Shown: positions 47,301 through 57,687, counted from the first letter of the stretch. The stretch is 64,000 nucleotides of DNA from Mycoavidus cysteinexigens (GCA_031963225.1 JASSUD010000001.1:23942-87941); one strand, 5' to 3'. Numbers and translations are program-made. The notes: generated by a model not told the origin, from the letters alone.

Positions 47301-48545
47301 CTAGCTCAGCGCTAATTGGTTGGTGCAAAAAGCGACGAGATTGGAGGCTAGATCTCCCACCTCCGTAAGAGACTGTGCCCAATGATGCGCATGGCGCTGA
47401 AGGCATCCCATTTGAGACCAGAATGAAAGGGTGTCTGGCAGGCGAGCTCCAGGCGCCCCATTCCATGCGCGCCAGAATTGAATGAGGGCATCACTAACAG
47501 GTTGTTCTAGGTCTACTGTGTAGTGATGCAATGCCGCTTCCAGTTTGGCGAGATGAGCTTGTTGGTTTTGTGGATAGATATGCCATATGAAAGGGCGTTG
47601 TGCCCATTGGGCACGCACAAAAGAGTCTTCTCCTCGAGCAAAGTTTAAATCGCATAGCCATAGTAGTTGGTCATATTGATTTTGCGTGAGAAAGGGCAGG
47701 CTGTGGACGGTGAGTTGCCCCTTTGTTGCGCTAGTGCCTGCAGGAAAGTTATCTTGTCCCATAAACCGTGCGACTGCGGGCAAGATGAGCCCTTGCGGAA
47801 CAAAGCAAGTGATAGGAGTTGAATGGGTACTCCATGTAGCTAGGAGTTCAGCTAGCAGGGGATTCTCGTAACAAAACAGCGAAATCTGGGTGGTATTGGG
47901 TGCCTGTGCCTTAAAAGGAGAGATGCCCAGCGCTTGCCAAAATGCTGCGCGCTCGGCAGGATTTTTTAAAAAATCCTCTCGCCTTTTGCAGAGATCCTTT
48001 TCTTTTAAAACCCCTCCCGTTCCCCTCTCAAGCCCTGGGAAAAAGCAGGTTTTTGTGAGAGGGTAGAGAGGATGTGGGGAGGGGAGGGCATGAAAGCTGG
48101 GTACCCAAGCTTCGCCGCTTAGGTATTCCAGGTCAATCCATATAGGTGTGGGTGCGCGCAAAGTGTTTTTGGACGTGTTGTTTATAGCGTTACATATCGG
48201 GCTTGATGTATTACTCTGCGTGCTGCGAGCTGCCATGCGCTCGATATACTGCACAGGGAGCTCACAGCCGAATGCTTCTATGACTATATCCGGTATGGTG
48301 ATGGAGGAGTCTTCCTCTGCTGCAGTAGGGGTCCAGTGCCTGATACAGAGTGACTCCACGCTTTGTATGGGTAGATTTGGATTAACTGCGCTGCAGAGTT
48401 TAGAAAAAGTGTGTAGATCATCCACCCAAAGCTGTACTTCCCAGGCATAGTCTGTTTTAAGCTGGCGTGCGAGTCGCCAGCACACGCCGATATCGCCAAA
48501 GTTATCGATAACTTTGCAGAAAATGTCACAGGTCAAACGAGTCAT
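47301..48545 (-). CDS. earP: EF-P arginine-32 rhamnosyltransferase EarP
   Basis: N-terminus CDIFCKVIDNFGDIGVCWRLARQL matches the EarP (DUF2331) signature as recalled. Located upstream of efp. Confidence 0.85.
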   Translation of the reverse strand: MTRLTCDIFCKVIDNFGDIGVCWRLARQLKTDYAWEVQLWVDDLHTFSKLCSAVNPNLPIQSVESLCIRHWTPTAAEEDSSITIPDIVIEAFGCELPVQYIERMAARSTQSNTSSPICNAINNTSKNTLRAPTPIWIDLEYLSGEAWVPSFHALPSPHPLYPLTKTCFFPGLERGTGGVLKEKDLCKRREDFLKNPAERAAFWQALGISPFKAQAPNTTQISLFCYENPLLAELLATWSTHSTPITCFVPQGLILPAVARFMGQDNFPAGTSATKGQLTVHSLPFLTQNQYDQLLWLCDLNFARGEDSFVRAQWAQRPFIWHIYPQNQQAHLAKLEAALHHYTVDLEQPVSDALIQFWRAWNGAPGARLPDTLSFWSQMGCLQRHAHHWAQSLTEVGDLASNLVAFCTNQLALS

Positions 48546-48683
48546 ATACCGGTCCAGTACTAGAGCTTATGGGATGTGTGCCATTACCCATAATTCCAAT
48601 GCATTCAAATGAAAAAAACGCCTCTTCTCTCTGAGTCACTTCCCTCTGCGGCTCCCCTTCCTTTGCAAACAAAGGGAATCGAC

Positions 48684-50741
48684 ATGTCCGTGATCCAGAA
48701 TTTGCCCAATCTACCAGGTGTATACCGTTATTTTGATGCGAACGATACGCTGCTGTATGTGGGCAAGGCAAAGGATTTAAAAAAGCGCGTATCCAGTTAC
48801 TTTCTAAAGAAAAAAGATTTGTCGCCACGTATAGCGCTGATGGTGTCGCAGATCGTGCGTATGGAGACTACGGTTACGCGCTCAGAAGGCGAGGCCTTGC
48901 TGCTTGAAAACAACCTGATTAAAGCATTATCACCACGTTATAACATTGTATTCCGGGATGATAAGTCTTACCCCTATCTTAAAATCAGTAAGCATCGTTA
49001 CGGGCGTATTTCTTCGCATCGTGGAGCGATTGATCAAAAGCATCATTACTTTGGCCCTTTCCCAGGAGGGCATGCCGTACGGGAGAGCGTGCATATCCTG
49101 CAGCGTGTTTTTCAGTTAAGAACTTGTGAAGATTCTGTTTTTTCAAACCGAACCCGGCCGTGTTTATTGCATCAGATTAACCGGTGTACCGCTCCTTGTG
49201 TGGGTGCCATTTCTGAAGAGGCGTATGCGCGAGATGTATCCGATGCGATGCGCTTTCTAAAAGGGGAACATCGAGTGGTGCTCAGTGAATTTGAACACCG
49301 TATGCAGACCTTGGCGTCGGAGTTGAAATTTGAAGCGGCAGCCTTGGTACGCAACCAAATTAGCGCACTTTCTGGAGTCTTGCAGCATCAAGCGGTGGAG
49401 GTGACTGAAAAAGGCGTGGGCGATATGGGTACGGAAGTCGATATTATTGCCGTAGCAATGGGTGCTGCAAAAGGGTGCGTAAATGTAGCGATGGTGCGGG
49501 GTGGTCGGCATTTGGGTGACCGTGCCTATTTTTCTTCGCATTTTTTAACGCGTGCTGGCAAGATCGAAGAAGCTTCTGAGCCTGGAGCGGAGGAAGCGGT
49601 TACTGCAGGTGAAGAAAGTCACGATACGGAGGGGGAAAGCACAGAGCGCACTAAGCCGGTGCTTGAAAAAAATACCGTAGAAACGTTTGAGCCAGCGGAT
49701 TTGGAAGCAGATTTATTAGATGCTTTTCTCAGTCAACACTATGCAATACATGCATTACCTGCGATGGTGATAACCAGTCATGCACTGCAAACGGAACTCA
49801 AAGAGGTGTTAGCGGCACAAGTCAAACATCCAGTGAAGTGGGTGTGTTCCTTAGGGGGAGGCACTCGGCTAAAGCCTTTGTGGAAAACCTGGCTTGACAT
49901 GGCCCAACAAAATGCGGAACTCGCACTGACTCAGCATGAAGCCCAACGCAGCTCCCAGCAAAAACGTACCAAGGCGCTTGCAGAGGCCTTGGATTTGCCT
50001 ATGGAAGGGTTAGATGATCTGCGTATTGAATGCTTTGATGTGAGCCATACATCGGGGGAGGCCACGCAAGCGTCTTGTGTGGTGTATCACCACCATCAGA
50101 TGCAGCCTAAAGAATACCGGCGTTACAACCTAGACAATATTACGCCGGGCGATGATTATGCCGGCATGCGACAAGTACTATATCGTCGCTATCTGCCTTT
50201 GAGCTCCATGGCCAAAAAATCCGATGAGGCAGTGAAAGCAGTCCCTCCTGATGCAGTAAAAACAAAAAAAACGGCCCAGCAAGAGATATCCCAAAAATTA
50301 CCTGATCTGATTTTGATCGATGGAGGCGCAGGGCAGGTTAATGTTGCACGAGAAGTTTTCGAGCAGCTGGGCTTAGATTGCAGCAGATTAGTGGGGGTAG
50401 CAAAAGGCGATCATCGCAAAGTAGGGCTAGAAACGCTGATTTTTGCGGATGGTCAAGCACCCCGTGTTCTTGGTAAAGAGAGTATTGCTTTATTGTTGAT
50501 TGCACAGATTCGTGATGAAGCACATCGATTTGCTATTACAGGCATGCGCGCAAAGCGCGCAAAGGCCCGCCAACACTCAGAGTTAGAGACTTTAGATGGC
50601 ATAGGAGCAAAGCGGCGCCAACGCTTGCTTGCACGTTTTGGCAGCGCTCGTGCAGTAAGAGCTGCTAGCATTGATGAGCTAGCTAGTGTAGAAGGTATAT
50701 CGCATGCGCTGGCGGAGCAGATTTATCGTCAGTTACGTTAA
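48684..50741 (+). CDS. uvrC: Excinuclease ABC subunit C
   Basis: [35 protein letters not shown] directly after ATG 48684 (the track adds 25 codons). UvrBC-interaction and HhH C-terminus [18 protein letters not shown]. Confidence 0.95.
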   Translation: MSVIQNLPNLPGVYRYFDANDTLLYVGKAKDLKKRVSSYFLKKKDLSPRIALMVSQIVRMETTVTRSEGEALLLENNLIKALSPRYNIVFRDDKSYPYLKISKHRYGRISSHRGAIDQKHHYFGPFPGGHAVRESVHILQRVFQLRTCEDSVFSNRTRPCLLHQINRCTAPCVGAISEEAYARDVSDAMRFLKGEHRVVLSEFEHRMQTLASELKFEAAALVRNQISALSGVLQHQAVEVTEKGVGDMGTEVDIIAVAMGAAKGCVNVAMVRGGRHLGDRAYFSSHFLTRAGKIEEASEPGAEEAVTAGEESHDTEGESTERTKPVLEKNTVETFEPADLEADLLDAFLSQHYAIHALPAMVITSHALQTELKEVLAAQVKHPVKWVCSLGGGTRLKPLWKTWLDMAQQNAELALTQHEAQRSSQQKRTKALAEALDLPMEGLDDLRIECFDVSHTSGEATQASCVVYHHHQMQPKEYRRYNLDNITPGDDYAGMRQVLYRRYLPLSSMAKKSDEAVKAVPPDAVKTKKTAQQEISQKLPDLILIDGGAGQVNVAREVFEQLGLDCSRLVGVAKGDHRKVGLETLIFADGQAPRVLGKESIALLLIAQIRDEAHRFAITGMRAKRAKARQHSELETLDGIGAKRRQRLLARFGSARAVRAASIDELASVEGISHALAEQIYRQLR

Positions 50742-50876
50742 GACACGCCCTAAGACCAGAGATAAATCAGACTAAAACAGCCCCGAGGTGGGTTGTATTG
50801 TGAAGCTCTGGTCGGCAAAATGCTGTTTTTTTGTATTTTTTTATTCAGAATTGCTTGAGGTTTAAGGCCGATACCG

Positions 50877-51512
50877 ATGCCATTTAATTTGCCCATTTCC
50901 CTGACGTGGCTGCGAATCATTTTAATTCCGCTCATTATTGGCATTTTTTATTGGCCAGAGGCGCAGCTGTCTCTTGCAGATAAAAATTTAGTGTCTGCTG
51001 TTATATTTATTTTGGCGGCTTTAACAGACTGGTTTGATGGTTTTTTAGCCCGGAGGTTGAATCAAACTTCTGCATTCGGCGCATTTTTAGATCCAGTGGC
51101 TGATAAATTGATGGTGACGGCTGCACTGCTTATTTTGGTAGAGCTTGCGCGTTTGAATGCTGCAGTGGCATTGGTCATTGTGGGGCGTGAAATTGCGATT
51201 TCAGCGCTGCGTGAATGGATGGCGCAAATAGGCGCGAGCAAAAGTATTGCGGTGAATTCATTAGGCAAAATTAAAACAGCATGTCAGATGGGCGCTATTC
51301 CCATGTTGCTTTTTTATGGTCCACTCACAGTGGGTTGGCCTGCGAAGCATTTTTCGGTATTGGGCGTGCAGTTGCCAATGGGTTTTATATGTAATACGCC
51401 ACTCTGGGGCACCCTATTGCTCTACTTTGCAGCAGTGCTCACAATTTGGTCGATGTTTTATTATATGCGCTTGGCTTGGCCACAAATTCGCCAGCGCGTA
51501 GCGCTCAGTTAA
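50877..51512 (+). CDS. pgsA: CDP-diacylglycerol--glycerol-3-phosphate 3-phosphatidyltransferase
   Basis: CDP-alcohol phosphatidyltransferase motif DWFDGFLARRLNQTSAFGAFLDPVADK. uvrC-pgsA adjacency. Confidence 0.9.
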   Translation: MPFNLPISLTWLRIILIPLIIGIFYWPEAQLSLADKNLVSAVIFILAALTDWFDGFLARRLNQTSAFGAFLDPVADKLMVTAALLILVELARLNAAVALVIVGREIAISALREWMAQIGASKSIAVNSLGKIKTACQMGAIPMLLFYGPLTVGWPAKHFSVLGVQLPMGFICNTPLWGTLLLYFAAVLTIWSMFYYMRLAWPQIRQRVALS

Positions 51513-51533
51513 TAGTGATCTACTTGTAATTAC

Positions 51534-51582
51534 TTGAAGGCAGGCGTTGGAGTTACTTTTTTACTCCAACGCCTGCCTTCAA
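51534..51582. terminator. Bidirectional terminator between pgsA and suhB
   Basis: TTGAAGGCAGGCGTTGGAGT-TACTTTTTTA-ACTCCAACGCCTGCCTTCAA, a 20-bp perfect stem. Confidence 0.8.
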
Positions 51583-51600
51583 ATTTGGATGCCATGTGGC

Positions 51601-52404
51601 TTACTTTATGGCTTCTATACGGCTATAAGGCTTCAGAATAGGGATCATCTGTGCAGAGAGTTTCACATTGCCTGCCACGATTTCTCCATATTTCAGAAAA
51701 TCGGATTCTCCCGTATAGTCTGCGACCATACCGCCCGCCTCTGCAACCAGCAGGCTGCCTGCGGCTATATCCCAGCTATAAAGACCTTGCTCAAAATATC
51801 CATCTAATCGGCCTGCTGCTACATTGGCAAGATTGAGTGCTGCAGCACCTGGGCGGCGTAGTGCTGTGCAAGAGCGTGTCATCTGGCCAAAGAGTTGCAA
51901 GTAAGGCTCGAGATCCCGATCTTTGCGAAATGGAAAACCCGTCCCTATTAGCCCGTCAGATAAATGATCACGTTGCCCAACACGAATACGGCGATCATTT
52001 AAAAAAGCACCGCCTCCTTTTGATGCGGTAAAAATATCGTCTCGATTAGGGTCGAGAATCACAGCTTGTGTCACAACGCCTTTGTACAGTAAGGCAATAG
52101 AGACGCAATAGTAAGGGAAGCCGTGAATAAAGTTATGTGTACCGTCTAATGGATCAATAATCCATTGATAGTCTGATTTGTGCTCAGATTGCCCAGACTC
52201 TTCGGCCAAAATGGAATGATCCGGGTAGGCTGAAAGTATGGTCTCAATAATTGCAGCTTCTGAGGCTTTATCGATATCTGTGACAAAATCACGACGCTGT
52301 TTTGCATGTATTTCGATACCTTTGATATCGAGCGATGCACGGTTGATAATTTGACTAGCGCGCCGTGCTGCGCGGACTGCAATATTGATCATGGGATGAT
52401 GCAT
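51601..52404 (-). CDS. suhB: Inositol monophosphatase family protein SuhB
   Basis: [31 protein letters not shown], and W-D-x-AAG in the C-terminal part. Confidence 0.9.
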   Translation of the reverse strand: MHHPMINIAVRAARRASQIINRASLDIKGIEIHAKQRRDFVTDIDKASEAAIIETILSAYPDHSILAEESGQSEHKSDYQWIIDPLDGTHNFIHGFPYYCVSIALLYKGVVTQAVILDPNRDDIFTASKGGGAFLNDRRIRVGQRDHLSDGLIGTGFPFRKDRDLEPYLQLFGQMTRSCTALRRPGAAALNLANVAAGRLDGYFEQGLYSWDIAAGSLLVAEAGGMVADYTGESDFLKYGEIVAGNVKLSAQMIPILKPYSRIEAIK

Positions 52405-52521
52405 GGGGAATCCTTTCGCATGTAAGAAGATGAAAAAGAGGGCCTAACGGCCCTCTTTTTGCTCGTACCTGACTTCAACGTACGTAATCATAAAGTAGTA
52501 CTGACTCAAGAGATATCATTC

Positions 52522-53367
52522 ATGCAAGATTTGTTGACAGAAAATGAAGGGCCAGCCCTGCGCTGCATTTTGGTAGAACCTAGTCATGTAGGTAATGTAG
52601 GGGCCGCCGCTCGAGCGATGAAAACCATGGGGTTGACTCAGCTATTTCTGGTTAACCCCCGGGATGCGGATGTAAAAATGGCGGAGCAAGCTATTGCAAT
52701 GGCCAGTGGAGCAGAAGATGTATTGAAAAATGCCATCATTGTGCCGTCCTTAGAGCTTGCTTTGCAAGATGTGCAGTATTCACTGGCCTTATCTGCTAGA
52801 CCTCGTGAATACAGCCCTCCTGTGAAGCCTTTGAGAGAAGCAGCACGTTATGCACAGCAATTAAGCCATGCAGGAGCATGCGTAGCCTGTGTATTCGGTA
52901 ATGAGCGTACAGGTTTACTCAATACGCATATCCAACTTTGCAGCGCACTATTACATATTCCCACTAGCTCTGTGTATAGCTCTCTCAATTTAGCACAGGC
53001 GGTGCAGGTGATTGCTTACGAATGGCGTATGGCTTTCTTGGAGGGCATGGACCACAAGCAAGCCCTTAGCCTCGAAGTGCCTCATCCCGTTATACAAGAA
53101 AAACGAGCGGCGGATACTATGGCGTCTCAGAGCCAAAGTGAGCAGATCCAAGGTGTAAGTCTTGCTACCGGTGAAGATATCGAAGCACTTTTTACGCATC
53201 TAGAACGTGCGTTGATAGCCATTGATTTCTTAGATCCAGCAGCTCCCAAAAAGCTTATGCCACGCCTGCGTCAGCTTTTTTCTCGTACACAACTAGAGCG
53301 AGAAGAACTCAATATTTTGCGCGGTATAGCTAAACATATTTTGCGTAAGGTAGGGAGTGAAGGGTAA
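52522..53367 (+). CDS. trmJ: tRNA (cytidine/uridine-2'-O)-methyltransferase TrmJ
   Basis: LVEPSHVGNVGAAARAMKTMG, FGNERTGL and SSLNLAQAVQVIAYEWR align with E. coli TrmJ as recalled. ATG 52522 chosen (the track adds 21 codons). Confidence 0.85.
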   Translation: MQDLLTENEGPALRCILVEPSHVGNVGAAARAMKTMGLTQLFLVNPRDADVKMAEQAIAMASGAEDVLKNAIIVPSLELALQDVQYSLALSARPREYSPPVKPLREAARYAQQLSHAGACVACVFGNERTGLLNTHIQLCSALLHIPTSSVYSSLNLAQAVQVIAYEWRMAFLEGMDHKQALSLEVPHPVIQEKRAADTMASQSQSEQIQGVSLATGEDIEALFTHLERALIAIDFLDPAAPKKLMPRLRQLFSRTQLEREELNILRGIAKHILRKVGSEG

Positions 53368-53486
53368 TTTGCCCATTTTTCTCAAGATTGCTTGAGTTGG
53401 TCGTGCGCAGCCTCCAGCATTTTTATACTTTTACAAGCAGTTTCTTTTTATGTGGAAGTTGGACTATCGCCAGTGCAAAAAGGTGG

Positions 53487-53740
53487 TTAATACAGGGTCA
53501 GTTTTGGTTTGAACTTCCGGTTTTTTATTGGCGCATGAAAATTATCTTGAGGGAGTCCTGTAATTTTGGTAATCAGCTCTGCTGGTAAACCTTCTTCTAA
53601 CATTTTATTTAATATTGCAAATTTCTCTTGCTGTATCCCTTCTTGCCGACTGTCCTGTTTAAGCTGCTGTGCAACGTTCATCATCTCCTCCCCGGCTTGT
53701 GAACTGTACTGATAAATCGTTTTATAAAAATCTTCTTCGC
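53487..53740 (-). pseudogene. 3' remnant of an Rpn-family gene
   Basis: KTIYQYSSQAGEEMMNVAQQLKQ..QQEKFAILNKMLEEGLPAELITKITGLPQDNFHAPIKNRKFKPKLTLY parallels the C-terminus of the intact gene at 53956-54900. DNA similarity also covers about 30 nt past the stop (53455-53740 vs 53920-54215). The 5' side is cut by the REP cluster. Confidence 0.8.
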
Positions 53741-53745
53741 TTAAC

Positions 53746-53900
53746 GTCACCACCAACCTACATGAACGGTAGGTTGGTGGTGACGAAGGAACCCCAACAT
53801 GCACACCACCGACTTTTAATCATCGCTTTTAGCCTGCACATGCAGGTTTTAAAAGGACAGTGGTCATCATGTTGGGGTTCGTACCTCACCACCAACCTAC
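53746..53900. repeat. REP cluster (partial forward, reverse, long forward unit)
   Basis: GTCACCACCAACCTAC-ATGAACG-GTAGGTTGGTGGTGACGAAGGAACCCCAACATGCACACCAC .. GCAGGTTTTAAAAGGACAGTGGTCATCATGTTGGGGTTCGTACCTCACCACCAACCTAC. Confidence 0.85.
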
Positions 53901-53955
53901 ACGTTAAAATTTCTTTTGGTGTGAAAGCTGGACTGCCGCAAGTGCAAAAAGATGG

Positions 53956-54900
53956 CTAATACAAGGTCAGTTTTGGTTTGAGTTTCAGGTTTTTCATTAG
54001 CGCATGAAAATCGTCTTGAGGAAGCCCTGTAATTTTGGTAATCAGCTCTGCTGGTAAACCTTCTTCTAACATCTTGTTTAATACTGCAAATTTCTCTTGC
54101 TGTACCCCTTTTTGCTGACCTTCTCGCTGACCCTCTTCCCAACCTTCCTGTTTAAGCTGCTGTGCAACGCTCATCATATCCTCCCCGGTTTTTGAACTGT
54201 ATTGATAAATCATCTTATAAAACTGATCGAAGTCTGCACAATTCCCTTCGCTTAACATGTAATGGAACACCTTCTTTTTTCGGTCCTTTGATAAAGGATG
54301 GTGGTCTAATCCTGTAACAATATCCTGAGCGAAATCGCATAAGTCTTTCACTTTTATATATTTCTGTAGCGTCTCCAGTAGCGCAATGCTGCCGTGTGTT
54401 CGGATTTCTTCATCAGGAATCGCGCTCACATCAATAATAATAGGTATTTTTGGAAAATCTCCTCTTCTTTTTTGGCCTGGATTTTCGAAGTGATCCAATA
54501 TATCTGCAGAATAAGGGTAGGGGCTTGTCCTCCCTCGATAAAAAATTAAAGAGGTTACTTCGGGTAGCTCATCATGTCCTTTGTCTAGATGCCCCTGCAT
54601 AACGTCGATTTCATAACGACAAACTCGTAATGGAAGCATCCGTTCAGCACCGCTTTGGTGCTCGATGAGCATGTATAGATAAGCGTCTTTTTTTCTGCAT
54701 TTTACGCGGTACAAAATATCGGTGAAGCGCTGTTTTAGCTCATTGCCAATAAATGAGCCATTTTGCAGCTCCAGTGTCGATAGATCACACTGCTGCTGAA
54801 GTTCTTTTGGAAGGTGTACTTCCAAAAAACGACGAGCAATTTCGATATCGCTTAGAAAATCTTTAAAGAGAGAGTCATGTGGCTTTGAGATATTGCTCAT
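53956..54900 (-). CDS. Rpn-family recombination-promoting nuclease / putative transposase (YhgA-like, PD-(D/E)xK)
   Basis: From ATG 54900: MSNISKPHDSLFKDFLSDIEIARRFLEVHLP..YMLIEHQS..LPLRVCRYE..IFYRGRTSPYPYS..DVSAIPDEEI, collinear with E. coli RpnA as recalled. Confidence 0.9.
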   Translation of the reverse strand: MSNISKPHDSLFKDFLSDIEIARRFLEVHLPKELQQQCDLSTLELQNGSFIGNELKQRFTDILYRVKCRKKDAYLYMLIEHQSGAERMLPLRVCRYEIDVMQGHLDKGHDELPEVTSLIFYRGRTSPYPYSADILDHFENPGQKRRGDFPKIPIIIDVSAIPDEEIRTHGSIALLETLQKYIKVKDLCDFAQDIVTGLDHHPLSKDRKKKVFHYMLSEGNCADFDQFYKMIYQYSSKTGEDMMSVAQQLKQEGWEEGQREGQQKGVQQEKFAVLNKMLEEGLPAELITKITGLPQDDFHALMKNLKLKPKLTLY

Positions 54901-55210
54901 CTGGTGTACGTGGAAGAATAAAGTGCATAAATGGCATTCCAGCAAGATTTATTTGCCCTGCCGCATGGATGTAATGCTTAATAGATCAGCTTGCTGCTCA
55001 AGAGAAGCTATGTTTTTTCCTCTCCAAGTAAGCTAACGTATCTAAGTTAAATGCTAAACCATACAAGTTAAAAAGTAAATCAAATGAGATATTTTTATCT
55101 AATTTAGTTTTATTTTTGGGTGGCAACATGTCTGTGTATAGCGCAAAGCCCCGTGTCCTCTATGAAGAAACGGGGCTTTCGTAATTCTTGGGCGTATGCC
55201 CGAGCTGAGG

Positions 55211-55465
55211 CTAATACACCGATAACGCCTCGATACATTTTTCATCTAGCCGTAAGTAACCACCGCGTTTTCTATGCATAGAGTCTTCTAGATCCAAATC
55301 ACTTAATACCAAGCGATGCGTATGGTTATCAATATGGTGAGCAGAGCGGTGTGTATGTCCCTGAATGAGTACATGGGTGTGCGTTTGCGCGAACAGCGCT
55401 GCAACAGCTTGGGGAGTGATGTCTTTGGGATCCACTGCTGATGGACATTTTTGTGTACTTGCAGG
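55211..55465 (-). pseudogene. Duplicated 3' fragment of lpxH
   Basis: DPKDITPQAVAALFAQTHTHVLIQGHTHRSAHHIDNHTHRLVLSDLDLEDSMHRKRGGYLRLDEKCIEALSVY vs the intact LpxH C-terminus. About 90 percent nt identity by eye between 55205-55465 and 56699-56960. No catalytic N-terminal part. Confidence 0.85.
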
Positions 55466-55474
55466 GGAGTAAGG

Positions 55475-55530
55475 TCTAGTAGCGCAATGCTGCTGTGTGT
55501 TTGGAGTGCTTCATCAGAAATTGCGCTGTG
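55475..55530 (-). pseudogene. Short internal fragment of an Rpn-family gene abutting the lpxH fragment
   Basis: GGTCTAGTAGCGCAATGCTGCTGTGTGTTTGGAGTGCTTCATCAGAAATTGCGCT vs 54371-54426 CGTCTCCAGTAGCGCAATGCTGCCGTGTGTTCGGATTTCTTCATCAGGAATCGCGCT. Confidence 0.6.
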
Positions 55531-55682
55531 AAGTTGCATTCAGTCAGACTTGACTCAAGAATGAGATCAGGGCGCAGTTAGAGCATCTGAATAACCTTGT
55601 AGCAAGGAAGGTAGACGAAAACAGGTCAATGAATTCGACAAACAAGTATAAAAAATGCTACGGGATTATTCAGATACTCTCC

Positions 55683-56546
55683 TTAATAGCCAGATCCGCG
55701 AGGATTTATCGCTAATTTTTCTTTTTTCCACATCGAGTTCAACCGTTTTAATTGAACAGATCGATCTGCTTTTTTTCTGATGCTTAATGGATTATATAAT
55801 GCCGGTATGTTTTCAATAATCTTCAGAAATTCATCGCTAGCATAATGAGTAATTACAATATGCCTTAAATGATTTAAAGCATATTTATCAGCTAAAAATT
55901 TCTGATATAAATGAGAATTTGTCAAGATTATTTTTGCTGATTTTTCATCTTGCATTGCCAAATGCTTTAATTTAATAACAGTAGTTTGTCCATTTGGAAA
56001 TTTTTCATAAAATTCTTTTTTTTCAAGAATAATAAAAGCAGCTTCTAAATGAGAGCTGGAAATAGTTAATAAAACAGTACCTCCACTGTCACTATGTAAT
56101 ATAGTATCATGCAGTATGGAATTTTCCAAAATATCTTTCGCTGATTCCAGGTCAGAAACAGCTATATCTTTTAATATAAGCTCAGGATGTTTTAATTTTT
56201 TAAAAAGAGTATGATTTTTAAATATAAATTCACATATTTTTAGATTGGATTTTGCCTCTTCATTTAATTTCTCAGGAGGCAAGGATATGAGTCTTTCATA
56301 TAATTCACCTTCTTCATTATATTGAGTGGGTTTAAATTTTACAGGTGTCCTGTCACTCATGAAAACTTCTCTGGTTTGACTTCCCTCTTTTTGAAAAGAA
56401 TCTGATTTTTTTACATTTTTTGTGGGAAAATAATTAACAATATTTTCAAATTTTTTTGAAACCTTTCCCGCAAGTTCTCTATCCTGGCTTAGAGGATATT
56501 GAACTGTTTTAAGCGGAATGTCGCGTGGTATATTATTGGTTTCCAT
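55683..56546 (-). CDS. Hypothetical AT-rich protein with degenerate helical repeats (287 aa)
   Basis: Full ORF between the two lpxH copies. Recurrent ~35-aa pattern ESAKDILENSILHDTIL / EAAFIILEKKEFYEKF / KSAKIILTNSHLYQKFL / SDEFLKIIENIPALYNPL. No family recognised. Confidence 0.6.
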   Translation of the reverse strand: METNNIPRDIPLKTVQYPLSQDRELAGKVSKKFENIVNYFPTKNVKKSDSFQKEGSQTREVFMSDRTPVKFKPTQYNEEGELYERLISLPPEKLNEEAKSNLKICEFIFKNHTLFKKLKHPELILKDIAVSDLESAKDILENSILHDTILHSDSGGTVLLTISSSHLEAAFIILEKKEFYEKFPNGQTTVIKLKHLAMQDEKSAKIILTNSHLYQKFLADKYALNHLRHIVITHYASDEFLKIIENIPALYNPLSIRKKADRSVQLKRLNSMWKKEKLAINPRGSGY

Positions 56547-56706
56547 TTTTATCCTTTATTGAAATATTACAATCCAATATTAATCAGCGGCTTCCGGATA
56601 AATCGTAAGTGCCTTTGTGCACAAAGTTTTTTTATGGAAATAAGGTGGAGAAAATTGTGAGGAAATGGCATATTGGGAGTTCATGAATCCACCCACCTTT
56701 GGCTGG

Positions 56707-57582
56707 CTAATACACCGATACCGCCTCGATACCTTTTTCATCTAGCCGTAAATAACCACCACGTTTTCTATGCGTAGCATCTTCTAGATCCCAGTCACTT
56801 AATACCCAGCGATGCGTATGGTTATCAATATGATGGGCAGGGCGGTGTGTATGCCCATGAATGAGTATATGGGTGTGTGTTTGCGCGAACAGCGCAGCAA
56901 CAGCTTCGGGGGTGACGTCTTTGGAGTCCACTGCTGATGGGCATTTTTGTGTACTTGTAGCGGATGGAAAATGTTTTGAGTGTGGATGAGGGATATGGCG
57001 AGCCTTATCGCTTTGCGCGCGGATCCAGTTTGCTAGGCCTAGCCTCCAGCTCAGTGGCCAAGCAAGAAAAAACCGTTGAATAAGTGGGTTGCGGACTATG
57101 CGCCTAAAGCGTTGGTAGGCATGATCGGCTGTGCATAAATGATCGCCGTGTGAGAGTGCGATGCGCAGGCCATAGGCCTCAAGAATAAAAGGGTCGGGTA
57201 ACAATCGCGCGCCGGCAAGCGCAGCGAAGCGAGGTCCTAGCAAAAAATCTCGGTTTCCATGCAGGATATAGAGGGCTCGCGTGGGGGTAGCTGGGTTTTT
57301 TGCAGAGGTATCTGGGTGAGATGGTACCGTTGTGTTTAGGCCTCTCATACAAGATAGCATGCGTTTTATAAAAGGCTGTTCGACCATTCCATCGCCTACC
57401 CAGAACTCAAACAGATCGCCCAAAATAAAAACAGCGCTCGCATCTCGTGTGGTGTGCTGCATAAAATGCTCAAATGCAGCCGCTGTTTTGGGCATAGAAG
57501 GGCATAGATGTAGATCAGAAATAAAATACACCGGCCCTGAAGAAAATGGGGTTTTGGAAAAATCAGAGGGCTTTGAAGTCAT
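56707..57582 (-). CDS. lpxH: UDP-2,3-diacylglucosamine diphosphatase
   Basis: YFISDLHL, ILGDLFEFWVGD, LHGNRDFLLG, HGDHLC, HGHTHRP metallophosphoesterase motifs. Confidence 0.9.
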   Translation of the reverse strand: MTSKPSDFSKTPFSSGPVYFISDLHLCPSMPKTAAAFEHFMQHTTRDASAVFILGDLFEFWVGDGMVEQPFIKRMLSCMRGLNTTVPSHPDTSAKNPATPTRALYILHGNRDFLLGPRFAALAGARLLPDPFILEAYGLRIALSHGDHLCTADHAYQRFRRIVRNPLIQRFFLAWPLSWRLGLANWIRAQSDKARHIPHPHSKHFPSATSTQKCPSAVDSKDVTPEAVAALFAQTHTHILIHGHTHRPAHHIDNHTHRWVLSDWDLEDATHRKRGGYLRLDEKGIEAVSVY

Positions 57583-57687
57583 ATTTCAGCTCAGCTGTAG
57601 TCGCAAGCGCTTTAATCCCTGTGCGCCATACGATTCGCTAAAAGTTAGGCTTGTTAAGCGAATCGTGATGGCTAGCTATAAAAATGC

